Origin: Nitrospinales bacterium
GTDB lineage: Bacteria > Nitrospinota > Nitrospinia > Nitrospinales > VA-1
DNA length: 64,000 nt
NCBI GenBank assembly: GCA_965223795.1
Contig: CBDCXL010000002.1
Span: forward strand, 2,336,001 to 2,400,000
Direction: 5' to 3'
The notes below the pieces were generated by a model. It saw only the letters and a list, made by a program, of their open reading frames with translations, searched no databases and had not been told where the DNA came from. Of this stretch, positions 1-9,854 are shown piece after piece. Position 1 is the stretch's first letter; each line of letters starts with the position of its first letter. A program made the translations under genes and the position numbers.

Positions 1-833
1 GCGATGAGTTTTTCCTCCTCGGGAAGAATCGGTTTTTCCGGGCCGGAGACGATGAGCACGGAAGCGTCGTCCGGAATCGCGCCGCTTTGCAGCAAAAGCA
101 GGGGCTTCACCTCGAAGCCGTCTTTCATCAGGGCTTCCTTGGCGGCGGAATAGCCCTGGTTTTCCTTGCTCTCGATGTCCTTTTCACCGTGCCCCTTGAG
201 GAAATAGATGGTTTTCTTCTCGTCGCGGATCACCTTGGCGAAGGCGTTGGTCAGGTTTTCCTCGGTGGGGTTCTGCACCTTGGTTTCCTGCTTGCCGCTT
301 TCAAACGCCACCGTGTCGTAGGTGGTGATGCCGTACTGCTTGACGATGGCCGGGTTGCGGTCGGGATCGACGAAGCTGAGTTTGATCTTGTCGGAGAGGC
401 TCAAGTAGCCGTCGATCAGGTTCTCGAACTTCGTTTTGGTCGGCGCGTCGCTGCGGAAAAACGCGGTCAGCGTCACCTCGCGGGGCAGGCTGGAGACGAT
501 CTTTTTGGTCTGCGGCGCCAGTGTGTAGACGCCGGATTCGGTGAAGTCGAAGCGGTGCTTGTGCCGGAAGGCCAGCAGGTTGACGAAGATCAGGATACCC
601 AGCACCACCGCCACCAGCACAACGGCGTTCATGCCGTACAGCGCGGTGCGGGTTTTCAGGCTGCGCCGGATGGAATCCCAGCCGCCGACCAGGAAAAACA
701 CGGCGTTGATTCCCGCCACGGCGGCGAGCGAACCCATCAGGATCGTCTGGCCGGGCAGCACCACGTAGAAAAACAGCGCCGCAAAGCCGAACAGGATCGC
801 CAGCCAGCCGAAAATGGGAATCCATTGTTTCAT
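1..833 (-). CDS. GldG-like ABC transporter auxiliary component (partial, runs off the window)
   Basis: Not in the ORF track. Reading the minus strand from ATG at 833 gives MKQWIPIFGWLAILFGFAALFFY..., with N-terminal TM helices, RFDFTESGVYTLAPQT, FVDPD and IYFLKGHGEKDI, typical of GldG/ABC_transp_aux. It lies downstream of an ABC permease and ATPase. Confidence 0.85.
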   Translation of the reverse strand, partial: MKQWIPIFGWLAILFGFAALFFYVVLPGQTILMGSLAAVAGINAVFFLVGGWDSIRRSLKTRTALYGMNAVVLVAVVLGILIFVNLLAFRHKHRFDFTESGVYTLAPQTKKIVSSLPREVTLTAFFRSDAPTKTKFENLIDGYLSLSDKIKLSFVDPDRNPAIVKQYGITTYDTVAFESGKQETKVQNPTEENLTNAFAKVIRDEKKTIYFLKGHGEKDIESKENQGYSAAKEALMKDGFEVKPLLLLQSGAIPDDASVLIVSGPEKPILPEEEKLI

Positions 834-840
834 AGAAAGG

Positions 841-1608
841 CTATCTCCATCGTTGCGAATCCAGCACCCGGTGGGTGAGAAACAGGGTGAACAGCGTGAA
901 CGTGATGTAGTACACCAGATCGCTGGTGTCCACCATGCCTTTGAGGAAACGGTCGACGTGGTCGATCAGGGAAAGGTAGGTGAGCGCTTCCGCCACGCCA
1001 GGTCCGGAGGACTGGGCGGCCCAGCCGATGATCCACATGAATAAGGACAGGCCGAAAGCGATCACGCCGGCGATGATCTGGTTTTCGGTGAGCGAGGAAG
1101 CGAAGATCCCCATGCCCACGAAGCAGCCCGCCATCAGCAGGATGCCCAGGTAGCCGGTGACGATCGGGCCGATTTCCGGTTCGCCCAGAATGATCAGAAA
1201 CCAGACTCCGTAGGAGGACAAAAGCACCATGACCGTCACCACCGCCATGCAGGCGAGGAACTTGCCGAACACGATCTCGCGCAGGTGCACCGGCGACGAC
1301 GCCAGCAGGGTGAAGGTCTTGAGTTTTTTCTCTTCCGCGAAGCTGCGCATGGTGATCACCGGAATGATGAGCAAGAGGATCACCAGCATGTTGTGAAAAG
1401 CGGGCTCGATGACGATGTCGTTCAGGTTCAGGCCGACGTTCATGCCCTGAAAGCGGCTGGCCTGCACGCTCTGCATGCTGAAAAAGCTCAGGATGTTGAA
1501 AAAGATCCAGCTGTTGATGAAGAGGAACACGGTGGTGACCACGTAGAACACCGGCGAGCCGAAGTACGACCCCATGTCCCGTTTGGCGATGACCCACGCG
1601 TTGCGCAT
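841..1608 (-). CDS. ABC-2 type transporter permease (GldF-like)
   Basis: 255 aa hydrophobic protein with ITMRSFAEEKK, IVFGKFLA and FASSLTENQIIA motifs. Confidence 0.9.
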   Translation of the reverse strand: MRNAWVIAKRDMGSYFGSPVFYVVTTVFLFINSWIFFNILSFFSMQSVQASRFQGMNVGLNLNDIVIEPAFHNMLVILLLIIPVITMRSFAEEKKLKTFTLLASSPVHLREIVFGKFLACMAVVTVMVLLSSYGVWFLIILGEPEIGPIVTGYLGILLMAGCFVGMGIFASSLTENQIIAGVIAFGLSLFMWIIGWAAQSSGPGVAEALTYLSLIDHVDRFLKGMVDTSDLVYYITFTLFTLFLTHRVLDSQRWR

Positions 1609-1619
1609 GCTGGTTTCCT

Positions 1620-2564
1620 CTATTCGTGTTTGGCTTCGACTTCTTTTTCCTCAAGCGTGAGCTTGAGGAAAATGTCTTCGAGCGTCATGGACAAGGGTTT
1701 CAACTCATCGATCCCCCATTGATTGTCGAGCGCGAGGCGGGCCACCTCGTCCTGCAGGTGTGCGTTGATCTCGCATTCGAGCACGTACTGCTGCGGGTGA
1801 TCGGACTGCACCGAACGCACGTTGGGAAGATTCTGCAGGGTCTCGGCGATGTTGCCGGAACCGTTCCGCACTTTCAGAAAAAGCCGTTCGCTCTTGTTCA
1901 AAGACGCCGTCAGGCCGTCGAGAGAATCGACCGCGGCGATCTCGCCTTCGTTGATGATGATCACGCGCTTGCAGATCTGCGTGATCTCGGGAAGGATGTG
2001 CGAACTCAGGATGATGGTGTGCGCCGCGGCGAGCTCCTGGATCAGCTTGCGGATCTCGATGATCTGGATCGGGTCCAGCCCGATGGTGGGTTCGTCGAGG
2101 ATGAGGATGTCCGGGTTGTGGATCATGGACTGGGCCAGGCCGACGCGCTGCTGGAATCCCTTGGACAGCCGGCCGATGAGGCGGCCGCGCACGTCCTTTA
2201 AGACGCATTTTTCCACCACGCGGTCGATGCTCTGCTGGATCTTGTTTCCCGGAACCTGGCGCAGCCCCGCCGCGAACGCGAGATAACGGGAAACGGTCAT
2301 GTCGGGATAGAGCGGTGGATTTTCCGGCAGGTATCCGATCATTTTCCTGATTTCCAGCGACTGCTCGAACACATCGTGGCCGCCGATTTTCACCGAACCT
2401 TCGGATGCGGGCAGGATGCAGGCGAGGATGTTCATGGTGGTGGATTTGCCGGCGCCGTTGGGGCCGAGAAAACCCACCACTTCACCTTTGTCGATGCGGA
2501 ACGTGAGACCCTTTATGGCCGGACGCGGGCCGTAAAATTTCGTCAGGTTCTGGACTTCAATCAT
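1620..2564 (-). CDS. ABC transporter ATP-binding protein (GldA-like)
   Basis: Walker A GPNGAGKST, signature LSKGFQQR, Walker B ILILDEPT. Confidence 0.95.
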   Translation of the reverse strand: MIEVQNLTKFYGPRPAIKGLTFRIDKGEVVGFLGPNGAGKSTTMNILACILPASEGSVKIGGHDVFEQSLEIRKMIGYLPENPPLYPDMTVSRYLAFAAGLRQVPGNKIQQSIDRVVEKCVLKDVRGRLIGRLSKGFQQRVGLAQSMIHNPDILILDEPTIGLDPIQIIEIRKLIQELAAAHTIILSSHILPEITQICKRVIIINEGEIAAVDSLDGLTASLNKSERLFLKVRNGSGNIAETLQNLPNVRSVQSDHPQQYVLECEINAHLQDEVARLALDNQWGIDELKPLSMTLEDIFLKLTLEEKEVEAKHE

Positions 2565-2748
2565 GCATCGGCTCCGGCGGTGAAATTACGGTGGACTCGG
2601 AAAAAAAATTAAACGAAATCAATATAAGGAAGAACCACAGAATGCAGAATTGAAGTGGGAGATTTCGTTAAAAAAAATAGCATACAGCCTGATTTTTTTT
2701 CAATTAAAAAATTTTAATGGCACGCGGGTTGACCCCGTCGCGGTGCGC

Positions 2749-3399
2749 TCAAACCCGGAACAGCCCCCAGATCCACAGCGCATAAAAAACAACGAATCCA
2801 CCCGTGAGCGCCCAGCCGGGCCGGGGTTTCAAGGCGCCGCTTTTAGTCACAGCGAGGACAATGAACAACACGGCGCAGAGCACCCAACCGAAGAATCCCA
2901 CTTCCGCCAGCACCGCCCAGCCGGGCCGCGGCGATCTTTCTTCGCTGAGCCGCGAGAGGTTCTGTGCCTTTCTCTGTTCGAAGGTCAGTTCCTGTTCAGA
3001 CGGCGAGGAAGGCGGCGCCTTCGCCATCAGCGCCGCGATTTTTTCATTGCACTTTGCGATCCAGTGTTTGCCCGGCGTGAACACGCTGCGCGTCGAGTAG
3101 AAAGCGCTGCGCAACAGCCGGTAGGCATCCAGCGCCTGCTGCGGTTCGCCCGCGGCCTCATGGGCCTCGGCGATGCGCCACAGTCCTGCAGCGGCCCGGT
3201 CCGTGACGTCGAGACCGGGCAGGTACCAGTGGATGGCGCGTTCGTAGTGCGGCACCGCTTCGGCGTATTTTTTTTCACCGGCCAGTTGCTCGGCCAGCCG
3301 GAATTCGTCGTGGGCGCTGCTGTAAATTTTGATCACCGTGGTCACAAGCAGGATGCCGATGATGAGACCGATCCAGAGCGTTGCGTTTTTTGGGTTCAT
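2749..3399 (-). CDS. Membrane protein with TPR-like periplasmic helices
   Basis: N-terminal TM helix, TPR-like AEAVPHYERAI and QQALDAY segments, two C-terminal TM helices. Overlaps the upstream gene by 4 nt (ATGA). Confidence 0.7.
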   Translation of the reverse strand: MNPKNATLWIGLIIGILLVTTVIKIYSSAHDEFRLAEQLAGEKKYAEAVPHYERAIHWYLPGLDVTDRAAAGLWRIAEAHEAAGEPQQALDAYRLLRSAFYSTRSVFTPGKHWIAKCNEKIAALMAKAPPSSPSEQELTFEQRKAQNLSRLSEERSPRPGWAVLAEVGFFGWVLCAVLFIVLAVTKSGALKPRPGWALTGGFVVFYALWIWGLFRV

Positions 3400-4433
3400 G
3401 TCAGTTTGATGCGCTGTCCTTTATTCTGCGCGGAACGGTAAATGGAAAGGATGACGTTCAAGGCCCTGAGGCCGTCCTTGCCCGAGGAAGCGGGCGGTGT
3501 TCCCCTGCGGATGCTGGCGACCAGGTCGCGGGCGCCGCCGATGAAAGGACTGACGTCCTTTCGGGGGGCGGGAAACGGAACGGGTTTGAGTTCGGTGAAG
3601 CCGGTGAAGCGTTTGCTCTTTTTCGCGAGATGCAGCTGCCGGCCGTCGTTGCCGATCATCAGACGACCTTCGGAGCCCTGGATGTCGAGCTCGAAATTGA
3701 AATAGTTGCGGGCGCCGCCGCCTTCGATGAATCCCATCGCCCCGCTTTTGAAACGGAGCAGGGCGCAGGCGGTCTCCTCGATGTGGTTTTTGCCGTGCGG
3801 CCAGACGGCGTGGCCGGACACCCAGTCGATGGGTCCGCCAAAGTATAACAGAAGGTCGGTCAAATGGGTGCCGTCGTGAAACAGGGGACCGCCGCCGTGC
3901 ACGTCGCGCGGCCGTTTGCCCGGCTTCCAGCTCAAGGCGTTGCCGACGATGGTGCGCACCTCGCCGATGCGGCCGCTTTGAATGAGGGCGCGCGCCTTGT
4001 TGTACCAGGGGTCGAATCGGCGTTCGTGGTTGACGCTCAGGACCACGTTGTTTTTCTCACAGACGCGGACCATTTTGCGGGCGTCTTTCAGGTTGTTGGC
4101 GATGGGTTTTTCGCAGTAGATGCCGCGCACGCCCGAACGGGCCGCATCGAGAGTCAGGGCCGCGTGCAGGTGGGTCCAGGCGGCGACACAGACAATGTCG
4201 AGGTCTTCCTGCCGGAGCATTTCTTTGTGATCGGTGTACAGGTTGGGCACGTTGAAGCGTTTGCCGAAGCGTTTGAGCCGCTCGGTGTCGATGTCGCAGG
4301 CGGCGGCGATGGCGACCGAGGGCAGGGCGGCAAAGCCGCCGGCATGGGTGCAGGGTTTGCCGCGCAGCGGATCGTCCTCCAGCAGCGCGCCGATTCTGCC
4401 GCAGCCGATCAGACCCAGTTTCAGTTTTTTCAT
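3396..4433 (-). CDS. Gfo/Idh/MocA family oxidoreductase
   Basis: GLIGCGRIG Rossmann motif, CEKP motif, NHERRF, DGTH. Confidence 0.92.
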   Translation of the reverse strand: MKKLKLGLIGCGRIGALLEDDPLRGKPCTHAGGFAALPSVAIAAACDIDTERLKRFGKRFNVPNLYTDHKEMLRQEDLDIVCVAAWTHLHAALTLDAARSGVRGIYCEKPIANNLKDARKMVRVCEKNNVVLSVNHERRFDPWYNKARALIQSGRIGEVRTIVGNALSWKPGKRPRDVHGGGPLFHDGTHLTDLLLYFGGPIDWVSGHAVWPHGKNHIEETACALLRFKSGAMGFIEGGGARNYFNFELDIQGSEGRLMIGNDGRQLHLAKKSKRFTGFTELKPVPFPAPRKDVSPFIGGARDLVASIRRGTPPASSGKDGLRALNVILSIYRSAQNKGQRIKLT

Positions 4434-4639
4434 GCCGTGTCCAAAGATTTGAAGGGCGGTGGTGTGGGCGTGCCCTGGATGCTGCCGCTGGATTCTGTGA
4501 CGGGACTTTGCCGGTCTGGAAGTGAAACGCGTTCGGAGGATTGAAACGATCCAGACTCCGGTGGTGGCAGGAGTATAACACTTCCCGTGCGCGGATGCGG
4601 AAAGGATTTTATCCCCGTTTCGGGCCGTTTCGGGTGCTG

Positions 4640-4674
4640 AAAAGAAAAGACACGCCCGCGGGCGGGCGTGTCTT
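4640..4674 (-). terminator. Rho-independent terminator after the flagellin 2-1 transcript
   Basis: AAGACACGCCCGC / GCGGGCGTGTCTT inverted repeat, with an A-tract on + that is a U-tract on the minus strand. Confidence 0.75.
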
Positions 4675-4705
4675 CGTTGTGTGCCTTGCGCTGGCGGGCG
4701 CCGCG

Positions 4706-5554
4706 TCAGAGAAGGGTCAGCACCGCCTGCGGCGTGAGATTGGACTGGCTCACCATGGCGGAACCGGCCTGCACCAGGATCTGGTTTTTGGTCAGCTCGG
4801 CGAGTTCCACCGCCAGGTCCGCGTCCTTGATGGTGGTCAGGGCGTCGGTCAGCCCCTCGATCGTCACATTCAGGTTGTTCAGCGCCCGGGCGACCCGGTT
4901 CTGGGTGGCGCCGACCCGGCCGCGGATTTCGTTGAGAATGTCGATGGCGTCGGTCAGCGCGCCGAGAGCCTCAAACGCATCCGCCTGGGTGACGATGGTT
5001 TCATTGTCGATGCCCAGCGATTCGGCGGTCACCTCGGTGAGGTTGATCGCCTGATTGAGGTTGATGCGGCTGTCGGAGGTGGAGTCCAGCCCGACCTGAA
5101 TCACGATGTTCTGCGATGCGCCGGCGGCGAGGGAACCGTCGATCAGTTTCTGGCCGTTGAACTCGGTGGTGTTGGCGATGCGGTCGAGCTCTTCGCGGAG
5201 CGCGTCGAATTCCAGCTGGATGGTCTCCCGCTCGGTGCGGCCGATGGTGCCGGTGGCCGCCTGGGATGCCAGCTCGCGCAGGCGGATGAGGATGCCCGCC
5301 TGCTCGCTCAAAGCGCCGTCCGCGCTGTTGATCAGCGCCTTGCCGTCGTTGAGGTTTTTCGCTCCCTGCTTGAGAGCCTGGACGTCGGAGGTCAATCCTT
5401 CGGAGATGGCGAGGCCGGCCGCATCGTCGGAACTTTTGGTGATGCGGATGCCGGACGCGATGCGGGAAATCGAACGGCCCAGCTGCGACCGGTTGGACTC
5501 GAGCGCCCGCTGCGAATTCAATGAGGATACGTTGGTGAATATTTTGAGTGACAT
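4706..5554 (-). CDS. fliC: Flagellin (copy 1, most divergent, 282 aa)
   Basis: Flagellin N domain RIASGIRI..SDDAAGLAIS, FNGQKL, C domain IKDADLA.E...LTKNQIL.QAG. Confidence 0.95.
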   Translation of the reverse strand: MSLKIFTNVSSLNSQRALESNRSQLGRSISRIASGIRITKSSDDAAGLAISEGLTSDVQALKQGAKNLNDGKALINSADGALSEQAGILIRLRELASQAATGTIGRTERETIQLEFDALREELDRIANTTEFNGQKLIDGSLAAGASQNIVIQVGLDSTSDSRINLNQAINLTEVTAESLGIDNETIVTQADAFEALGALTDAIDILNEIRGRVGATQNRVARALNNLNVTIEGLTDALTTIKDADLAVELAELTKNQILVQAGSAMVSQSNLTPQAVLTLL

Positions 5555-5639
5555 TCTTTTCCTCCCTGAAAAGATTCAAGCCACAATATTTTTTTATCCG
5601 ATGAGCTTCTGCCGTGTGGTGTCCGGCGGATTCTCCCGT

Positions 5640-6497
5640 TTACTGGAGCAGCTGCAGCACCGACTGCGGGATCAGGTTGGCCTGACCCACCATGGCCGTG
5701 GCCGCCTGCACCAGAATCTGGTTCCGGGTCAGAAGCGCGACTTCTTCCGCGATGTCGGCATCGCGGATGGCGGATTCCGCTGCGGACAGGTTTTCCACCG
5801 AAATCGACAGGTTGGCGATGGTGCGCACCAGCCGGTTCTGCACCGCGCCCACTTTACCGCGGCCCTGGGTGACGATGGAAATCGAGTTGTTCAGCAGGTC
5901 CAGCGCGGTCAGCGCGGCGCCGGCGGTGGTCACGCTCAACACGTCGATACCGAGGCTCGAGGCGGTGATGGCCTGCAGGTTGACCTCGGTGTTGAGGTTG
6001 ATGCGGCTGTCGGTGGTCGCGTCGATGCCCACCTGGATCAGAATCTGATTGGTGAAGGCGACCGACGAGGCCAGCGAGCCGTCCACCAGTTTCTGGCCGT
6101 TGAACTCGGTGGTGGCGGCGATGCGGTCGATTTCGGACCTGAGCGCGTCGAATTCCAGCTGAATGGTCTGCCGCTCGGTGGAACCGACGGTTCCGGTGGC
6201 GGCCTGGGAGGAGAGTTCGCGCAGACGGATGAGAATACCCGACTGCTCGTTGAGCGCGCCTTCGGTGACGTTGATGAGGGAGATGCCGTCGTTGGCGTTG
6301 CGGATGGCCTGCCTGAGGGCGCGGATGTCCGAACGCAGCGCTTCGGAAATGGCGAGCCCGGCGGCGTCGTCGGCGCCGCGGTTGATGCGGATGCCGGACG
6401 CGATGCGCTCGACCGAGATGGCCAGCCTGTCGTTGTTGATGCCCAATATGCGCTGGGCATTGAGGGAGGGGATGTTGTTAAAGATTCTTATCGGCAT
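5640..6497 (-). CDS. fliC: Flagellin (copy 2, 285 aa)
   Basis: Same flagellin N and C motifs; strong SD AAGGAGG. Confidence 0.95.
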   Translation of the reverse strand: MPIRIFNNIPSLNAQRILGINNDRLAISVERIASGIRINRGADDAAGLAISEALRSDIRALRQAIRNANDGISLINVTEGALNEQSGILIRLRELSSQAATGTVGSTERQTIQLEFDALRSEIDRIAATTEFNGQKLVDGSLASSVAFTNQILIQVGIDATTDSRINLNTEVNLQAITASSLGIDVLSVTTAGAALTALDLLNNSISIVTQGRGKVGAVQNRLVRTIANLSISVENLSAAESAIRDADIAEEVALLTRNQILVQAATAMVGQANLIPQSVLQLLQ

Positions 6498-6669
6498 GTG
6501 CCTAATCCTCCTTGATTATTGAAACAATCACTTGCCTAGCCCCAGCTTCCTTGCTGGAGCCTGCCTGCTAATATCATCGGATGGGGTGTTTTTTTCGGGG
6601 CAACCTCCAAATGCAGATGGATGACGTGTTTCTTCCGGTCGTTTTGCAAGAGCAATGCAACTTTTGGTT

Positions 6670-6697
6670 GTATCGGGATTTTGAAAAATTACCTTTA
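6670..6697 (-). promoter_or_regulatory. Sigma-28 (FliA)-like promoter of flagellin 2
   Basis: Minus strand TAAA-N16-CCCGATAC versus the consensus TAAA-N15-GCCGATAA. Confidence 0.6.
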
Positions 6698-6796
6698 AGG
6701 CTTTTTTCCCGGCTGGAACGGCGTCAGGGGAAGGGGAGGGCGGTGGGCGGTGCGGCGGTGCGGCGGCGCGCTGCAACGCGGCCGGTTGCGGGGAGC

Positions 6797-6828
6797 AAAA
6801 AAAAGCGCCTCCGGGGAGGAGGCGCTTT
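6797..6828 (-). terminator. Rho-independent terminator after flaG
   Basis: GCGCCTCC / GGAGGCGC stem with A8 on + (U8 on the minus strand). Confidence 0.8.
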
Positions 6829-6874
6829 CGTTTTGCGTGTGCTTTCAAAGAGCACGCAAGAGCTTCAATAAAAC

Positions 6875-7204
6875 TTATGCGAACTCATTGAAGAAATCCC
6901 CTGGGGAGGGAGCGGGACGATTTTTCACCAGGGAAAAATCGTCCCGAGGAATCTGAACCACGATTTCCCCGGTTTTTGCGTTGATCACCTGGACGATCAA
7001 TTCCTGAGAATCGTGATCTACCTGGAAATCCACTTTCCGGTTCATCGTTCGTGTCAGATGGCCGTTTTCCTCCACCAGGATTTTATCCGGATGCGGCTTG
7101 CCGGAATCGGCCGAGCTGGATTCGTTTCCGGATGTTTTGAGACTCAAAGGCTTCTTAGGCGGAGGCCTAGGCACCGCCACATCCAGAGAAACTTTCAAAG
7201 ACAT
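6875..7204 (-). CDS. flaG: Flagellar protein FlaG
   Basis: RKVDFQVDHDSQELIVQVINAKTGEIVVQIP matches FlaG. It lies directly downstream of a flagellin, and GGAGG precedes the ATG at 7204. Confidence 0.85.
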   Translation of the reverse strand: MSLKVSLDVAVPRPPPKKPLSLKTSGNESSSADSGKPHPDKILVEENGHLTRTMNRKVDFQVDHDSQELIVQVINAKTGEIVVQIPRDDFSLVKNRPAPSPGDFFNEFA

Positions 7205-7257
7205 GCGGATCACCTCCAGAAACACTTTAAAATTTATAATCAGTTAAGGGGTATACC

Positions 7258-8115
7258 TTAACCTAAAAGCTGAAGTACGGACTGCGGCAGCAAGTTGGCC
7301 TGTCCGACCATGGATGTCGCCGACTGCACCAGAATCTGGTTCCGGGTCAGGGTGGCGACTTCCTCCGCGATGTCGGCATCGCGGATGGCGGATTCTGCGG
7401 CCTGCAGGTTTTCCACCGTGATGGACAGATTGCCGATGGTGCGCACCAGCCGGTTCTGCACCGCACCCACCGCGCCGCGGCCCGCCGTGACGATGGCGAT
7501 GGCGGAGTTGATGGTGTCGAGCGCGGTCAACGCGTTGCCGGCCGTGGTGACGCTCAGACCCTCGATACCGAGGCTGGTGGAGGTGATGGCCTGCAGGTTC
7601 ACCTCGGTGTTCAGGTTGATGCGGCTGTCCGAGCTGCTGTCGATGCCGACCTGAATCAGGATCTGATTTGCAGAGGCGACCGAAGAAGAGAGCGAGCCGT
7701 CGACCAGTTTCTGGCCGTTGAACTCGGTGGTGGCCGCGATGCGGTCGATCTCATTCCTGAGAGCGGTGAACTCGAGCTGGATGGTGGCGCGCTCTGTGGA
7801 ACCGACGGTACCGGTGGCGGCCTGGGAGGAAAGCTCCCGCAGACGGATGAGAATCCCCGACTGCTCGTTGAGCGCACCTTCGGTGACGTTGATCAGAGAG
7901 ATGCCGTCGTTTGAGTTGCGGACGGCCTGCCTCAGTGCCCGGATGTCGGAGCGGAGTGCTTCTGAAATGGCGAGCCCGGCGGCGTCGTCGGCGCCGCGGT
8001 TGATGCGGATACCGGATGCGATCCGTTCTACCGATTGCGCCAGGCGGTCGTTGTTGATGCCCAATATGCGCTGGGCATTGAGCGAAGGAATATTGTTGAA
8101 GATTCGAACTGGCAT
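7258..8115 (-). CDS. fliC: Flagellin (copy 3, 285 aa)
   Basis: Flagellin N and C motifs. Confidence 0.95.
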   Translation of the reverse strand: MPVRIFNNIPSLNAQRILGINNDRLAQSVERIASGIRINRGADDAAGLAISEALRSDIRALRQAVRNSNDGISLINVTEGALNEQSGILIRLRELSSQAATGTVGSTERATIQLEFTALRNEIDRIAATTEFNGQKLVDGSLSSSVASANQILIQVGIDSSSDSRINLNTEVNLQAITSTSLGIEGLSVTTAGNALTALDTINSAIAIVTAGRGAVGAVQNRLVRTIGNLSITVENLQAAESAIRDADIAEEVATLTRNQILVQSATSMVGQANLLPQSVLQLLG

Positions 8116-8311
8116 TGCCTCATCCTCCTTGATGTATGATTGTCGTCAGGGTTATTGTTTTGGCCTCCATACCAAAACAAGCCTCCAAGCTTTAACCCTT
8201 GAGTGGAGAATCCCTTTCCCCACCCTGAAACATTCGTTTCCGGTCACCTCCTTGATTTTAAAATTGTTATCAAAATTCCGCGAAATGCGGCACAACTTCC
8301 CTCAATCAGGC

Positions 8312-8338
8312 CTATCGGACGGAGCGAGATGAACTTTA
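8312..8338 (-). promoter_or_regulatory. Sigma-28 promoter of flagellin 3-flaG
   Basis: Minus strand TAAAGTTC-N11-TCCGATAG. Confidence 0.8.
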
Positions 8339-8737
8339 ACGATTTGTCCGGGAAAAATGCTGCGGTGAAACTCGGAGGTACGGTGACAGACGGGGTGGGG
8401 AAGAAACAACGAGCGGTATTTTAGGGAATTTCGCGGGGGACGGGAGGCTGAGAAAAAGCGGTGTGAAAAGGGACCCAGAAACGCCCGGCCTCTCCTAAGA
8501 TCGCGCTTTGTGCGGGGAGAATGAGGGCGCTGGCTTGGGAAAAGGTTCGGGCCGCCCGGAACGGGCGCGGTTTCTGGGTCCCAACAAGGCTTCGCAGCGT
8601 GCGCGGGCCGTGCGTTGCGACCGGCCCGGATTGCTGTCGTGCTGCGATATGTCTGAGGAGCGGGGGATTTGTGTGGCCATCATTTGAGATCGCCTCCAGG
8701 CCGGGACGCGGAATCGCGATCCCGGCCTGAGAATGGA

Positions 8738-9595
8738 TCAGCCTAAGAGCTGAAGGACGGATTGCGGCAGCAGGTTCGCCTGTCCCACCGCGGAGGTTGC
8801 GGTCTGCACCAGGATCTGGTTCCGTGTCAGCGTGGCCACTTCTTCGGCAATGTCGGCGTCGCGGATGGCGGATTCTGCGGCCTGCAGGTTTTCCACGGAA
8901 ATCGACAGGTTGCCGATGGTGCGCACCAGCCGGTTCTGCACCGCACCGATGGCGCCGCGGGAGGCGGTGACCGAAGCGATGGCGGTGTTGATGGTGTCGA
9001 GTGCGGTCAGCGCGTTGCCGGCGGTGGTGACGCTGAGTGAGTCGATCGACAGCGTCGTGGAAGTGACGGCGGTCAGGTTCACCTCGGTGTTGAGGTTGAT
9101 GCGGCTGTCGGCGGAGCTGTCGATGCCGACCTGAATGAGGATCTGGTTCGCGGAGGTGACCGAGGACGCCAGCGAGCCGTCGACCAGTTTCTGGCCGTTG
9201 AACTCGGTGGTCGCCGCGATGCGGTCGATTTCGTTTCTGAGCGCCGAGAACTCAAGCTGAATGGTGGCGCGCTCGGTGGAGCCGACGGTTCCCGTGGCTG
9301 CCTGGGAAGCGAGTTCCCGCAGGCGGATGAGGATGCCGGACTGCTCGTTCAAGGCACCTTCCGCTACGTTGATGAGCGAGATGCCGTCGTTTGAGTTACG
9401 GACGGCCTGCCTCAGTGCCCGGATGTCGGAGCGGAGTGCTTCTGAAATGGCGAGCCCGGCGGCGTCGTCGGCGCCGCGGTTGATGCGGATACCGGATGCG
9501 ATCCGTTCCACCGATTGCGCTAGGCGGTCGTTGTTGATGCCCAGGATACGCTGGGCATTGAGTGAAGCGATGTTGTTGAAAATTCGTATTGGCAT
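8738..9595 (-). CDS. fliC: Flagellin (copy 4, 285 aa)
   Basis: Flagellin N and C motifs. Confidence 0.95.
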   Translation of the reverse strand: MPIRIFNNIASLNAQRILGINNDRLAQSVERIASGIRINRGADDAAGLAISEALRSDIRALRQAVRNSNDGISLINVAEGALNEQSGILIRLRELASQAATGTVGSTERATIQLEFSALRNEIDRIAATTEFNGQKLVDGSLASSVTSANQILIQVGIDSSADSRINLNTEVNLTAVTSTTLSIDSLSVTTAGNALTALDTINTAIASVTASRGAIGAVQNRLVRTIGNLSISVENLQAAESAIRDADIAEEVATLTRNQILVQTATSAVGQANLLPQSVLQLLG

Positions 9596-9802
9596 CCCCT
9601 AATCCTCCACCAAGAGTTGGAAACGTGTTTACAATCTGTTTTATTAAAAGGTGTTGCGTGCCCCCGAGGTCTTTGTTTATCGTGGCCGGCCTCAGAATCC
9701 ACGCAAAATTCCTTAAGCTTTAATTTCAATCTGCCGTTCTGGTAAATAAGTTGGGTTATTGGGAAACCCTTGAATTTCAAAAACTTCCCAACTCAATTTT
9801 GC

Positions 9803-9829
9803 TTATCGGCAGCCGGAATTAGAACTTTA
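9803..9829 (-). promoter_or_regulatory. Sigma-28 promoter of flagellin 4
   Basis: Minus strand TAAAGTTC-N11-GCCGATAA, a perfect TAAA-N15-GCCGATAA. Confidence 0.9.
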
Positions 9830-9854
9830 ATGTAAATCTAAGATTTTGTTGATA

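Noticed and set aside
5106..6515. Long + strand ORF (469 aa) and similar antisense ORFs over the flagellins
   Set aside because: Shadow frames of GC-rich genes; the opposite strand has clear flagellin motifs.
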